NCBI GenBank assembly: GCA_021844945.1
Contig: JAKBSJ010000002.1
Coordinates: forward strand, 108,684-172,683
DNA length: 64,000 nucleotides
Source: Thermoplasmata archaeon
GTDB lineage: Archaea; Thermoplasmatota; Thermoplasmata; Lutacidiplasmatales; UBA184
Reading direction: 5' to 3'
The stretch's first letter is position 1, and each line of letters starts with the position of its first letter. This document shows, one piece after another, positions 45,251 through 55,145 of this stretch. The notes beneath the pieces were generated by a model, which was not told where the DNA came from, made no database searches, and saw nothing but the letters and a program-made list of their open reading frames with translations. A program made the translations under genes and the position numbers.

Positions 45251-46934
45251 CGAATCCTTCGATCGTTGAGGACGCCGAGTGGCGAATCCGCGGAACCCGT
45301 GCGGTCGCGCCCCTCCTCCTTCGTCAGCTCCCGAACGAGGTACCGTTCGGATTCGTGGGGCGGCTCGCACCGACCTCGACTCCGATCGAGCTCTACCTGG
45401 AAGCGTTCCCCATCTCACCGGGACGCGCCCTCGAGATCTTGCACGGGGCTCGCGCGGTCGCCCGCGTCGAGCTGGTTCGGGGCGGCGCCGACGACGCCCG
45501 CGCGGCCGAGCTCGAGGCGGAGCAGGCCGGAGCCGAGGAGCTCGGTCGGCAGGTGGCGCGTCGCGAGCAGGAGCTCTGGCGTGTCGGTATTCGCTGGACC
45601 GCCTCAGGGAGTTCCGCGCCCCGGGCCCTAGAAGCACGCGTCGCGCTGGAGTCGCGGCTGGCCGCGCTCGGATTTCGCGCGCATGTGCCACGCCATGAGG
45701 TGGGGGCGGCGCTCGCTCCCCCGGACCTTACGGGTCCGGGCGCGCGCCCGCTCCGCTTCTTCCACACGTTGCCGACCGACGGGCTCGCCGCGTTCTATCC
45801 GTTCGTGGACGAGACCGTCCTCGAACCGGGGGGATTCTGATCGGCCTTCTGCTCGAGGACGCCGCGCCGGTTTTCATCGATCGCTGGGCGCATGCCAGCC
45901 ACTCGTGGGGTATCTTCGGCACGACCGGCAGCGGGAAGTCGTTCGCCGCGGCGTTGACCATCCTCCGGTCCCGATGGATGCGACCGGACCTCTCGGTGAC
46001 GATTCTCGACCCTCTCGGAGAGTTCGGGCACCTGGCCGAGACGTTGGGCGGGAACGTCATCCGACTGGGACCTCAAGGCGGCGATCGCCTCAACCCGCTC
46101 GATCCCGCGACGGCGGGCGGGGATCGTCGAGAAAAGGCGGGCCGCGTGGCCGCCATGCTCCGCGCGCTCTTCCCGTCCCTGCGGGACGAGGAAGGAGCGA
46201 CGCTTGACGCCGCGGTCAGCACCCTGTACGCCGACGGTCCGAAGGTCCCGGTCTTCTCCGATCTGCTGAACGCGATCGCCGATCGAACCCGAGGAACGGA
46301 CCGGCTCGGGACATTGCTCGAGATCTTCCGTTCGGGTTCTCTCCGGGCGGTCAACGGTCCCACGACCGTTGACCCGGAGGCCACGGTCGTCGCCGTGGAC
46401 TTCCGGGGAGTCCCCGAGGAACAGCTGGCGTTCCATCTTGCCTACGTCCTGGACTGGGCGTACGGCCGCCTGCAGCACGTGAAGGGCCCGAAGCTCCTCC
46501 TCGTCGATGAGGCGCATCTGCTCGCACGGCATCCCGCCACGGCCGAGTTCCTGGATCGCGTCGTCCGTCACGTGCGGCACTTCGATGCCGGTGTGCTGCT
46601 CCTCAGCCAGCATCCCAACGACTTCCTGGAGCATCTGACCGGCCGCTCGCTGCTCGGAAACCTGAGCGCGACGCTCCTCCTCCGGATCCCGCGGCCCGAC
46701 CCCGCCCTTTCCGCTTTCTTCTCGCTCACGCCGAGCGAGGTCGACTGGCTGCCGCGCACGCATCTGCCGAAGGAGGCGGGGTTCTCCGAGGGTTTGCTCC
46801 GGGTCGGAGAGTTTCACTTGCCGATCGCGGTGGTCGCGTCGACGCCCGAGTACGAGTTCCTAGCGGGGCAGCTCGGCTCGGCCACGACGTCGTCGAAGGA
46901 GACCCACGATGCACTTCGAGCATCAGATTTATGA
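45247..46934 (+). CDS. VirB4-like ATPase split by a single-base frameshift at G6 run 45828-45833
   Basis: The N-part ends AAFYPF...EPGG. The shifted frame continues ILIG...PVFIDRW...GTTGSGKS, RLNPLD, LLLVDEAH, VRHVRHF and SQHPNDF. Confidence 0.85.
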
Positions 46935-46957
46935 GTGGCTCATCGGCTCGAACGCCG

Positions 46958-47452
46958 ATGAGCGCGGCGGAAGAAGCGACCGCCGAGCACCCGCGTCGCA
47001 AGCGGACGCCGTGGAGCCTGAAGTCGATCGTGGTCGACGTGACCGGCCGGGAGATGTCCGAATTCCAGGACCGGCCGAGCCCTGCTGGCGGGGGATCGCC
47101 GGCCCATGCCCCACGGCTTCACGAACCTGTCGCGGAGATCGGGGATCTCGATCCGGTCGAGCGTATCACCCCGCCGCTTTCCCGTGCCAACGGCCGACGC
47201 TACCACGGCCACGCGGACGAGGACCATGCGGCGACCATGGAGCGGCACCGTCCCGCGAACGGGGGTTCCGGCTCGCCCGCGAACCGCCCGGAGCGGATTT
47301 ACCTCCACTACCTGCTCCTCCACCTCGACAAGCTGAGCCTTCCGGCGTTGTGGTACTTGCGGCGCCAGGTCAACGAGGAGATCGCCTACCGCTCGTCGTC
47401 CTCGGCGCCGACGGCCAGTCCTCCTCCGGCGAGCCCCCCGACACCTCCATGA
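46958..47452 (+). CDS. Hypothetical protein, largely disordered, with a C-terminal helical motif
   Basis: PERIYLHYLLLHLDKLSLPALWYLRRQVNEE; directly downstream of the virB4-like gene. Start may be 46931. Confidence 0.55.
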   Translation: MSAAEEATAEHPRRKRTPWSLKSIVVDVTGREMSEFQDRPSPAGGGSPAHAPRLHEPVAEIGDLDPVERITPPLSRANGRRYHGHADEDHAATMERHRPANGGSGSPANRPERIYLHYLLLHLDKLSLPALWYLRRQVNEEIAYRSSSSAPTASPPPASPPTPP

Positions 47453-48245
47453 GGCCACGACGAGCGGCTTCGGCCTGCAAGCGGGCGTAGGTCGCGTCAT
47501 CGCGTTCGACCCCGATTGCGCTCCGACCGAGGGCGAGGGCCGTCCACACGGTCGTCCCGGTGCCCGCAAAGGGATCGAGCACCGTATCGCCCTTCACGGA
47601 GAACATCCGCACGAGTCGTCGGGGGATCTCGGCAGGGAACGCACCGGTTCGACGTCCGTCGCGGACCTGCGCCGCCCCTCGGATGTCGCTCCAGATCTGG
47701 CTGAACCAATGGTCCCGCTCCGGCCTCGAGAAGCGGCTCGCGTAGCGCGCCGCGTCGTGCGGGGGGAACCGGCGAAGTCCGCCCCGTCGGAACAGGAGCA
47801 CGAACTCGCAGTCGATCGTGACGTAGGCGTTGGGAGGGAGGAATCCACTGCCGAGGAAGGCGTTCGGCTTGTTCGTCGGTTTCTTCCATAAGACGTACGG
47901 GAGCGGGACGAAGCCGCATCGGGTCGCTCGAGAGAGGACCTCGGAATGGTTCGGCCAGAGCCGGAACCCCCCGTCGATCGAGCGAAGGGCGTCCCCGACC
48001 ACGACCGCGAGCACCGCTCCCGGGGCGAGGACGCGAAACGCCTCCCGCCAGGCCCCTTCCAAGAGGTCGTGCATCGCGTCGTAGTCGGCCGCTCCTTGCG
48101 CGAGGAAGATCGCATCCCACTGCGGGATCATGGGATACGGCGGGCTCGTGACGATAAGCTGGACCGAACCGTCGGCGAGCGCCGAGAGCGCCCCCGCCGA
48201 CCCGTGGATGAGGGATAGGCTCGGTGTGCGATCGTGCGAGTCCAC
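47370..48245 (-). CDS. Orphan beta-class DNA methyltransferase
   Basis: VTSPPYP, WKKPTNKP, AFPAEIPRRLVRMFS and VLDPFAGTGTT motifs. Confidence 0.9.
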   Translation of the reverse strand: MDSHDRTPSLSLIHGSAGALSALADGSVQLIVTSPPYPMIPQWDAIFLAQGAADYDAMHDLLEGAWREAFRVLAPGAVLAVVVGDALRSIDGGFRLWPNHSEVLSRATRCGFVPLPYVLWKKPTNKPNAFLGSGFLPPNAYVTIDCEFVLLFRRGGLRRFPPHDAARYASRFSRPERDHWFSQIWSDIRGAAQVRDGRRTGAFPAEIPRRLVRMFSVKGDTVLDPFAGTGTTVWTALALGRSAIGVERDDATYARLQAEAARRGLMEVSGGSPEEDWPSAPRTTSGRRSPR

Positions 48246-48296
48246 GCCGCGGGGAGCGGGTGGGACCGTTTATACGCGATGCCGCTCCCGGGCAGC

Positions 48297-49604
48297 ATGC
48301 GGCTCGACAAGCCCGTCCTCCAGGTGGCTCTCGACTTCGAAAACCTTTCGCGGGCGCTCACCGCCGCCCGCGAAGCAGTCGAGGGCGGGGCCGACTGGAT
48401 TGAGGCGGGCACGCCCCTCGTGAAGAGCGAGGGCCTTGACGCCGTACGGGAGCTGAAGAAGGCGTTCCCAAACCATCGGATCGTCGCGGATCTCAAGGTC
48501 ATGGACACGGGAGCTTTCGAGGTCGAGATCGCGGCGAAGGCGGGCGCCGACCTGGTCACGGTTTTGGGAGCCGCGGACGACGATACAATTGCCGAGGCGG
48601 TCCGGGGCGGCGAGCTCTACGGCGCCGAAATCGTGGTCGATCTGCTCAACGTTCCCGATCCGATCGCGCGCGCGAAGCGTTCTGCGGAGCTTGGGGCGGC
48701 GGCCGTCTGCTGGCACGTGGGGATCGACATGCAGATGCAGGCTCGCACCCCCTTCGAGACCCTCGAAGCGCTCGCCCGGGAATGCCCGATCCCGGTCGCG
48801 GTCGCCGGAGGGCTCACCAGTGAGTCGGTCGCTCGAGCCACCCGCGCCGGCGCGCAGATCCTGATCGTGGGCGGTGCCATCACGAAAAGCCCCAACATCG
48901 TGGAAGCCACCCAGCGGATCCGAACGGCGATCGACACGCGAACGGAGGTCGCCTCGGAGCACTTCCGGCGATTCGCGGGCGCGGATGTGCGCGAAGCGTT
49001 CCGGAAGGTCTCGAGCCCGAACGTCACCGACGCGATGCAGCGGCAGGGGGCGATGCACGGGATCCTGCCGCACCTCAAAGACCCGCTCTCCCGGATGGTC
49101 GGACCGGCCGTGACGGTCGTGACGCGCGACGGGGACTGGGCGAAACCGGTCGAGGCGATCGATCACGCCGGCCCGGGGGACGTTATCGTCATCGACGCGG
49201 GCGGCGGGACGACCGCGGTCTGGGGGGAGCTCGCGAGTTGGAGCGCCCACGGACGAGGGGTCGCGGGCGTCGTGATCGACGGCGCGGCCCGGGACCTCGA
49301 TGCGGCGGTCGTCGACCTCGGTTTTCCGATCTTCAGCCGGAGCGTTAGCCCGAACGCGGGAGAGCCGAAGGGACATGGAGAGATCGGGGTAGAGGTCGTA
49401 GTCGGGGGGCAGAAGGTCCGGCCCGGCGACTGGATCGTCGGCGATCTGAGCGGGCTGGTGGTCGTCCCGCGGGAGCGAGCCCAGGAGATCGCGAACCGCG
49501 CGCTGGACGTCCTTGAGCACGAGAATCGCGTGCGCGAGGAGATCAAACGCGGCTCGACGCTGGGCAAGGTCCAGAAGCTCGAGCGCTGGGAACGGGTAGG
49601 GTAG
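48297..49604 (+). CDS. hxlA: 3-hexulose-6-phosphate synthase fused to an RraA/MenG domain
   Basis: LQVALD, EAGTPLVKSEG, ADLKVMDTG and HVGIDMQ, followed by the RraA part AVWGELAS...IDGAARD...GDWIVGD. Confidence 0.9.
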   Translation: MRLDKPVLQVALDFENLSRALTAAREAVEGGADWIEAGTPLVKSEGLDAVRELKKAFPNHRIVADLKVMDTGAFEVEIAAKAGADLVTVLGAADDDTIAEAVRGGELYGAEIVVDLLNVPDPIARAKRSAELGAAAVCWHVGIDMQMQARTPFETLEALARECPIPVAVAGGLTSESVARATRAGAQILIVGGAITKSPNIVEATQRIRTAIDTRTEVASEHFRRFAGADVREAFRKVSSPNVTDAMQRQGAMHGILPHLKDPLSRMVGPAVTVVTRDGDWAKPVEAIDHAGPGDVIVIDAGGGTTAVWGELASWSAHGRGVAGVVIDGAARDLDAAVVDLGFPIFSRSVSPNAGEPKGHGEIGVEVVVGGQKVRPGDWIVGDLSGLVVVPRERAQEIANRALDVLEHENRVREEIKRGSTLGKVQKLERWERVG

Positions 49605-49663
49605 ACCCGCCGCCGCAATCGCCTTAGGCTCGGGCCCTGCTCGGCGCCCCAAGCCGACCCGAT

Positions 49664-49738
49664 GCTCCCGTAGTCTAGTCCGGTCAAGGATCCGTGGCCT
49701 TCGACCACGAAACGCGGGTTCGAATCCCGCCGGGAGCA
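49664..49738 (+). tRNA. tRNA-Glu(UUC), with atypical C33
   Basis: Acceptor GCTCCCG/CGGGAGC; anticodon arm CGTGG CC TTC GA CCACG; T-arm GCGGG TTCGAAT CCCGC. Confidence 0.85.
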
Positions 49739-49947
49739 TCCCCATCCTCGAACGACTGGGCGGGTTCGACGTGTAGGTCGCTTGAGATCGCGGAGGCGAC
49801 CTCGGCAGAGATCCCTCTCCAAGTTCCTCCTCGAGGGGGACCCATCCTTCTCCCGCGCTACCGTCGTGCAGGTACGGGAGGCCTTCTTCCGTTGCCCGTG
49901 GAAACGACGCCGTAACATCTTAGGGCCCCGACTCCATCGCGGAGGGG

Positions 49948-52374
49948 ATGCCGAAGCTGCGCAGGGGCCGGGCCCGCCTGCTGGAATCCATCGCGTTCAT
50001 GGTGGTAGGATTCCTGATCTTCGGCACCATCGTTGTCGGGGGCGCGCCGGCCACGGCCGGCCTCCACGACGTGACGGCCCTCCCGTCGCCGGGGACCGCG
50101 GTCTCTGCGACCGCCCTTCCGTACGTTGCCTACACGCTGAATCTTCTCAACGGGAGCCTCCTCGACCAGAACGTGCCCACCCCCGGATGCGCGCTGCCCA
50201 CGCCGGCCCCGTACGTGGTCCACGTGCCCGAGGGGCCGTCGAGCGCTCTCGCCCTGCCGAACCTGCACCAACTCCTCGTGGCCTGCCCCACGGGCAACGT
50301 TCTCGTGATCAACGACACCACCGGAGCGCTTCTCGGCCGGGTGGTGGTGGGAGCGCGGCCGATCGCCCTCCTCGCTCAGGAAGGCGTGGGCTCGGACCGC
50401 GTCTACGTCGCTAACTCGGGCTCGAACAACGTCAGCATCGTTTCCATCGCGACCGACCGCGCCGTCGGAAACCTCTCGCTCCCCTCGGGATCCATGCCTT
50501 CCGGCCTCGCGCTCGGGCCGGACGGGACCCACCTTTACATCACCAACCGGGGGTCCGGTTCCGTCAGCGTCTTCAGCACGCTCACGCGGACGCTTACCGG
50601 ATCGATCTCCGTGGGTAGCGCGCCCCGAGGGATCGCCTTCGATCCGTTCAACGGCAGGATCTATGTCGCGAACACCGGCTCGGACAACGTAAGCGTGATC
50701 TCTCCGGTCACGAACTCGGTGGTGGCGACGGTCCCGGTCGGCGCGGATCCTACCGGGGTCGCCGTCTCGGGAACGAACGGCAACGTCTACGTGTCGAACG
50801 CGAACTCGAGCTCCGTCTCGGTCCTCTCCGCGACGAACGGATCCGTGATCGCGTCGGTGCCGGTCGGACCGACGCCCCTCGGCATCGCCTACTCCGCGTC
50901 CGACCAGGCCGTCTACGTGGCGAACGCGAACGGCGATTCGGTCTCCGTGATCGACGTCGGGACGGACTCCGTTACGCAGACACTCTCCGTCGGTGTCCGA
51001 CCGATCGGGATGGCGGCGGCCCCCACCGTGGTGTACTGCGTCAACTCAGGGTCCTACAACGTCAGCATGATCGCAACGGCCTCCCAAGCGGTCGTCGCGA
51101 GCCTGAGGGTTGCGACCTCCCCGCGGGGCATGGCGTATGACCCCTCGAACGGACGGCTCTTCGTTCCGCTCGGTGGCAACGGCAGCGTCGCCGTGATCGA
51201 CACCGCGACGAACCGGGTGATCACCACCCTGGCGACGGGGCTCGAACCGTCGCTGGCGACCTACGACCCGTACAACGGCCTCGTCTACGTCGACAACCAC
51301 GAAGCGAACACGATCTCGGTCATCAACGGGACGACCGACTCGGTGGTCGCGACGTTCCCGGTAGGCAACGGTCCGACCAGCATGGTCGTCGACCCGGTCT
51401 CCCAGCAGCTGTTCGTGGGCATCGGACACTCGGATCTCGTTCAGGTGATCAACACCTCGACGAACACGGTAGTCGCGTCGATCCCGGTGGGGAAGACTCC
51501 GTACGGCATGATCTACGTTCCGGTGGATGGGGGCCAGATCTTCGTGACGAACCAACGTTCCAAAGACCTCACGGTGATCGACCCCGCGACGGAGACGGTC
51601 GTCGGGAATTACTCGATCGCCGCGGAACCGACCTTCATGGCGTACGACGCGAGCAACGGGATCGTCTACATCTCCTCGTTCTCTACGGGGCGCGTCTTCG
51701 AGCTGGATGCGGCCACCGACGCGGTCGTCGGCAGCATTGCGGTCGGCGCTTCACCGATGGGAGTACTCGTGAACGGCCCGAGCGGCCTCGTCTATGTGGT
51801 TAACTATGGCTCGACGAACCTTACCGCGATCGATCCCTCGACGGCGACGGTCGTCGGCTCGGTACCGGTCGCCTCCGAGCCCATCGCGGCGGCCCTTCTC
51901 CCGAACGGGGAGACGTACGTGACCAACGCCGGGGCGAGCTCGATCTCCATCCTCGGGAACAACACGCTGACCGCGCTGCATCTCACCTCAGGATCGTCGA
52001 GGATCGCCCCCGGAGCCTCCACCGTCCTCCGGGCGACGGCGAGCTGCGCCTCTGGCCCGTGCCCCGGCAGCGTCCTCTACCGCTGGTCCCTTTCCAACAC
52101 GAACGATTCCTTGAACCGCACGGACGGCGCGTCCGTCACGATCTACGCTGGGGCGAGGGGCGGAACGACCAACGTCACGGTTCGGGCGGTGCTCGGCCCG
52201 GTGAACCTCACCGCCTCGCTCGCGATCCGGGTCGGCCCAGGACCGGGGTCCCCGACGCTCTTCGGGCTCCCACCGAACGCCGCCTACGCGGTCATCACGA
52301 GCGCCGTGATCGCGGCGGCGGCCGTCGTTGTGGCGGCCGTCTACGTCCTTCGCCGTACGCCGGGAGGGAAGTGA
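49948..52374 (+). CDS. YVTN/YncE double beta-propeller surface protein
   Basis: Signal peptide, about 14 YVxN-S-xx-VSVI repeats, an Ig-like domain and a C-terminal TM with basic tail. Confidence 0.9.
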   Translation: MPKLRRGRARLLESIAFMVVGFLIFGTIVVGGAPATAGLHDVTALPSPGTAVSATALPYVAYTLNLLNGSLLDQNVPTPGCALPTPAPYVVHVPEGPSSALALPNLHQLLVACPTGNVLVINDTTGALLGRVVVGARPIALLAQEGVGSDRVYVANSGSNNVSIVSIATDRAVGNLSLPSGSMPSGLALGPDGTHLYITNRGSGSVSVFSTLTRTLTGSISVGSAPRGIAFDPFNGRIYVANTGSDNVSVISPVTNSVVATVPVGADPTGVAVSGTNGNVYVSNANSSSVSVLSATNGSVIASVPVGPTPLGIAYSASDQAVYVANANGDSVSVIDVGTDSVTQTLSVGVRPIGMAAAPTVVYCVNSGSYNVSMIATASQAVVASLRVATSPRGMAYDPSNGRLFVPLGGNGSVAVIDTATNRVITTLATGLEPSLATYDPYNGLVYVDNHEANTISVINGTTDSVVATFPVGNGPTSMVVDPVSQQLFVGIGHSDLVQVINTSTNTVVASIPVGKTPYGMIYVPVDGGQIFVTNQRSKDLTVIDPATETVVGNYSIAAEPTFMAYDASNGIVYISSFSTGRVFELDAATDAVVGSIAVGASPMGVLVNGPSGLVYVVNYGSTNLTAIDPSTATVVGSVPVASEPIAAALLPNGETYVTNAGASSISILGNNTLTALHLTSGSSRIAPGASTVLRATASCASGPCPGSVLYRWSLSNTNDSLNRTDGASVTIYAGARGGTTNVTVRAVLGPVNLTASLAIRVGPGPGSPTLFGLPPNAAYAVITSAVIAAAAVVVAAVYVLRRTPGGK

Positions 52375-52502
52375 ATCCCTCCCCCGCGGATCCGCCGTGA
52401 CCGTGGGGGGTCGGGGAACGCGAAGAACGTCCCGGACGGAAGGGGCCGACCCGAGAGCCACGGCCTCGTTGGATGGGGCCGAACCGTATACCGCGACGCG
52501 GT

Positions 52503-54044
52503 TCAGGAGAGGAGGTCGCTCAGGAGCTTCGATCCTTCGGGGGAGCCGAGACCGGTGCACGGGTTCCAACCGGGCCCCGCCGAGTAGCCGTCGTTGTTCC
52601 CTCGGGTGATCTCGCGGAAACCCGAGGAAAGGGGCGGCGAGTAGAGAAGGGGGTTCACGTAGCCGATCGGCGCACCGAGCGCCTGGATGAATCGCGCGAA
52701 GAGAGCCGCCCATAAGGGAGCGGCGGCGCTGGTCCCGCCGATGATCGTAGACGCGCCGTCGACCACGATCGAGTACCCGGTGTCGGGATCGGCGTCGGCG
52801 GCCACATCCGGGACGCCCCGTCCAGCGAACCCGTTCGGAGCGGGAGGAACGTTCGCGTCGGCCTGATAGCTGGGACGCGGGAAATCCTCGCTCACTCCAC
52901 CTCCCGTGGCTCCCGCCCCCTCGGCAAGGTCGTTCCAGACCACCTCCGAGACGATCGTCGATCCCGAGAGCGTGAGACGGGTGCCACCGCAGCCGACGAC
53001 GTACGGACTCGACGCGGGAAAGTCCACGGCTCTCGCACCGCCGGGCTCCCCGTCGGACGCGCCCTGATCGCCCGAGGCCGCGAGGATGGTCACCCCCATC
53101 TCGGCCCCGTCGTCGGCGGCATCCTCGAGGGCGGTAAGTCCCTGGGGCGTCCACGACGGCTCCGCGCCGCCCCAACTGATCGAGAGGATCGAGGGATGAT
53201 GGATCGCGTCGTGGATCGCGGTGGTGAGGGCGTCGACGAACCCCCGCGCGCGGTTCGGGGCGAAGTACACGACGATTTCCGCGCCGGGCGCGAGAGCGCC
53301 AGCCATTTCGATATCAAGCTCGACCTCGGCGTCGGGACCGTTGGGGTTCCCGGTAGGGGCGTTCGACCCGCCTCCCACTCCTACGGCGGTGACCGAGGGG
53401 ATCGGGACACCGATCGAGGAGAAATACTGGGACAGATCCGCGTCCGAGTAGCCACCGCCGAACTCGAGAAGGCCGATGGTGACACCGCTCCCGTTCATGC
53501 TCGACGGGAAGCCGTACGCGGCACCGACCGTGGGGATCGCGTAGCTCGTCGCCGCGTTCGGTTTCGCGCTGCGGCGAAAGTGCGGCCGCAGCATCGGCCG
53601 CGTGTCGAGGCCGAAGACCCCCCGAACGATCCCCGTGAGCTCGGGCGGAATCTCGGGAGGGACGTCCGTCTCCCAATACGCGAGCCTTCCCCGTCCCCGG
53701 CGTCGCAGCCGCACCCCGAAGGCGCCCGAGAGCCGGGCCGCAGTCCCCGACGCGGTCACGACCCGGCGGGCCGGCTCTACCCGCTCGATGTAGAGCCCCG
53801 TCCGGTCCGCGAATCGTCGAACGGTCGCGATGTCCTCCTCGCGGGCCGAGTGGGCCGCGGCGAACTCCTCTCGGCTTCGGAACGCTCGTCGGCCGAGGGG
53901 CGTCCGACCCCGTTCGTCCATGGAAGGGAGCGAGCCCGGGGGCGAACCCCTGCGCAGCAGGATCGAGAGTTCGATCCGGTCGTTGGACGGCTCGGGGGAT
54001 CCGGTTGCCGGTGGAAGCGCGTTCCTGCGGAACCTTCGGGCCAC
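52503..54044 (-). CDS. S53 sedolisin/kumamolisin-like peptidase
   Basis: Prodomain; EVELDIE, SISWG, ASGDQG, RGVPDVAA and GGTSAAAP motifs. Confidence 0.92.
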   Translation of the reverse strand: MARRFRRNALPPATGSPEPSNDRIELSILLRRGSPPGSLPSMDERGRTPLGRRAFRSREEFAAAHSAREEDIATVRRFADRTGLYIERVEPARRVVTASGTAARLSGAFGVRLRRRGRGRLAYWETDVPPEIPPELTGIVRGVFGLDTRPMLRPHFRRSAKPNAATSYAIPTVGAAYGFPSSMNGSGVTIGLLEFGGGYSDADLSQYFSSIGVPIPSVTAVGVGGGSNAPTGNPNGPDAEVELDIEMAGALAPGAEIVVYFAPNRARGFVDALTTAIHDAIHHPSILSISWGGAEPSWTPQGLTALEDAADDGAEMGVTILAASGDQGASDGEPGGARAVDFPASSPYVVGCGGTRLTLSGSTIVSEVVWNDLAEGAGATGGGVSEDFPRPSYQADANVPPAPNGFAGRGVPDVAADADPDTGYSIVVDGASTIIGGTSAAAPLWAALFARFIQALGAPIGYVNPLLYSPPLSSGFREITRGNNDGYSAGPGWNPCTGLGSPEGSKLLSDLLS

Positions 54045-54104
54045 GGTCGGTAGCACTCTAGGATCGGGGGCCGAATACCTTCTCGGCCCGAGCACAGGGC
54101 CGGG

Positions 54105-55007
54105 TCAAGGCCCGTACTCGGACCGGTCCGCGATGTGCCGGGGTCGCTCGCCTCGGAAGTACCGCGCCAAGTTCTCCAACGCGATCTCGAGCACGTAGGA
54201 CGGTACCCCCGGGCCGAATCCGGCGGTGTGGGGCGTTGCGATGACGTTCGGGAGCGAGGCGAACGGGAACCGGTTCGTCAGCACCCCCGTCTCGAACCCC
54301 TCATGCCACCAGACGTCGATGCCTGCACGGAACTCCGGATGGGCGACGAGGTGCCGGTAGAGCGCTTCCTCGTCGACGGTCCCGGCGCGTCCGACGAGGA
54401 CGAGGATCGCGCCCGGCTTCATGGCGTCGAGCTCGGCCGTGCCGATCGTTGCGCGGGTGGATCGGGTCAACGGGCGCACGTCGAAGACCAAGTCCCCGAG
54501 CGCGATCGCCGTTCTCAGCTCGCTGGCCGGGAGCATTCGTTCGGCGCCGGGCGCCGCCCTACCGGTCCGGTTCACCCCGATCACGTGCGTGTGGAATCCC
54601 GCCAAGCGTTCCGAGAGGGCCCGGCCGATGGCTCCGTAACCGAGTATCACGGCGGTGCGCTCGAGCAGGAGCCTATGGTCCGGTGCGGGTCGCAATCGGC
54701 CCGCGGCCACCTGGGCCTGCGCGACGACGATGTGGCGGGCTGCCGCCAAAGCGAGGGCCATCGCGTGTTCGGCCACGAACGGTGCATACGCGCCGACGTT
54801 CCCCGCCACCGCGACCGAATCCGGAAAGTATTCGAGCGGAACTCCATCGAGCCCGGTGAATAGGGTCTGGACGAACTTCAGGCGAGGAAGCGCCCGGGGG
54901 TCCAGCCGACCGGATTCGGCGCGCTGAGGGCCGAGAAGGACCGCCTCCACCGAGCCCCACGTCGCAGGATCCCCGGTCGTGGCATACGCCCAAGGCACGC
55001 GCGGCAT
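54105..55007 (-). CDS. D-2-hydroxyacid dehydrogenase family protein; start uncertain
   Basis: VAEHA, GYGAIG, GRAGTVDEEAL, IDVWW and TPHTAG motifs. Confidence 0.88.
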   Translation of the reverse strand: MPRVPWAYATTGDPATWGSVEAVLLGPQRAESGRLDPRALPRLKFVQTLFTGLDGVPLEYFPDSVAVAGNVGAYAPFVAEHAMALALAAARHIVVAQAQVAAGRLRPAPDHRLLLERTAVILGYGAIGRALSERLAGFHTHVIGVNRTGRAAPGAERMLPASELRTAIALGDLVFDVRPLTRSTRATIGTAELDAMKPGAILVLVGRAGTVDEEALYRHLVAHPEFRAGIDVWWHEGFETGVLTNRFPFASLPNVIATPHTAGFGPGVPSYVLEIALENLARYFRGERPRHIADRSEYGP

Positions 55008-55145
55008 CTGCCGGTGGACGGCCTCGTCGACCTTCGGATCCGGACGGACCGCGACCAGCAGTAGCGGGGACGGGTCGTTCGTGGCGACGACAACCCCGAG
55101 GAGGGTCTTGACGTTCCCGCTCGGCTCGGATGCGAGGACCGCGGG

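Noticed and set aside
42514-48245. Complete conjugative element (ICE) or restriction-modification system
   Set aside because: No relaxase, VirD4, integrase, flanking repeats or restriction endonuclease seen in the window.
48297-49604. Hps-RraA fusion as a novelty
   Set aside because: This fusion is already known in archaea.
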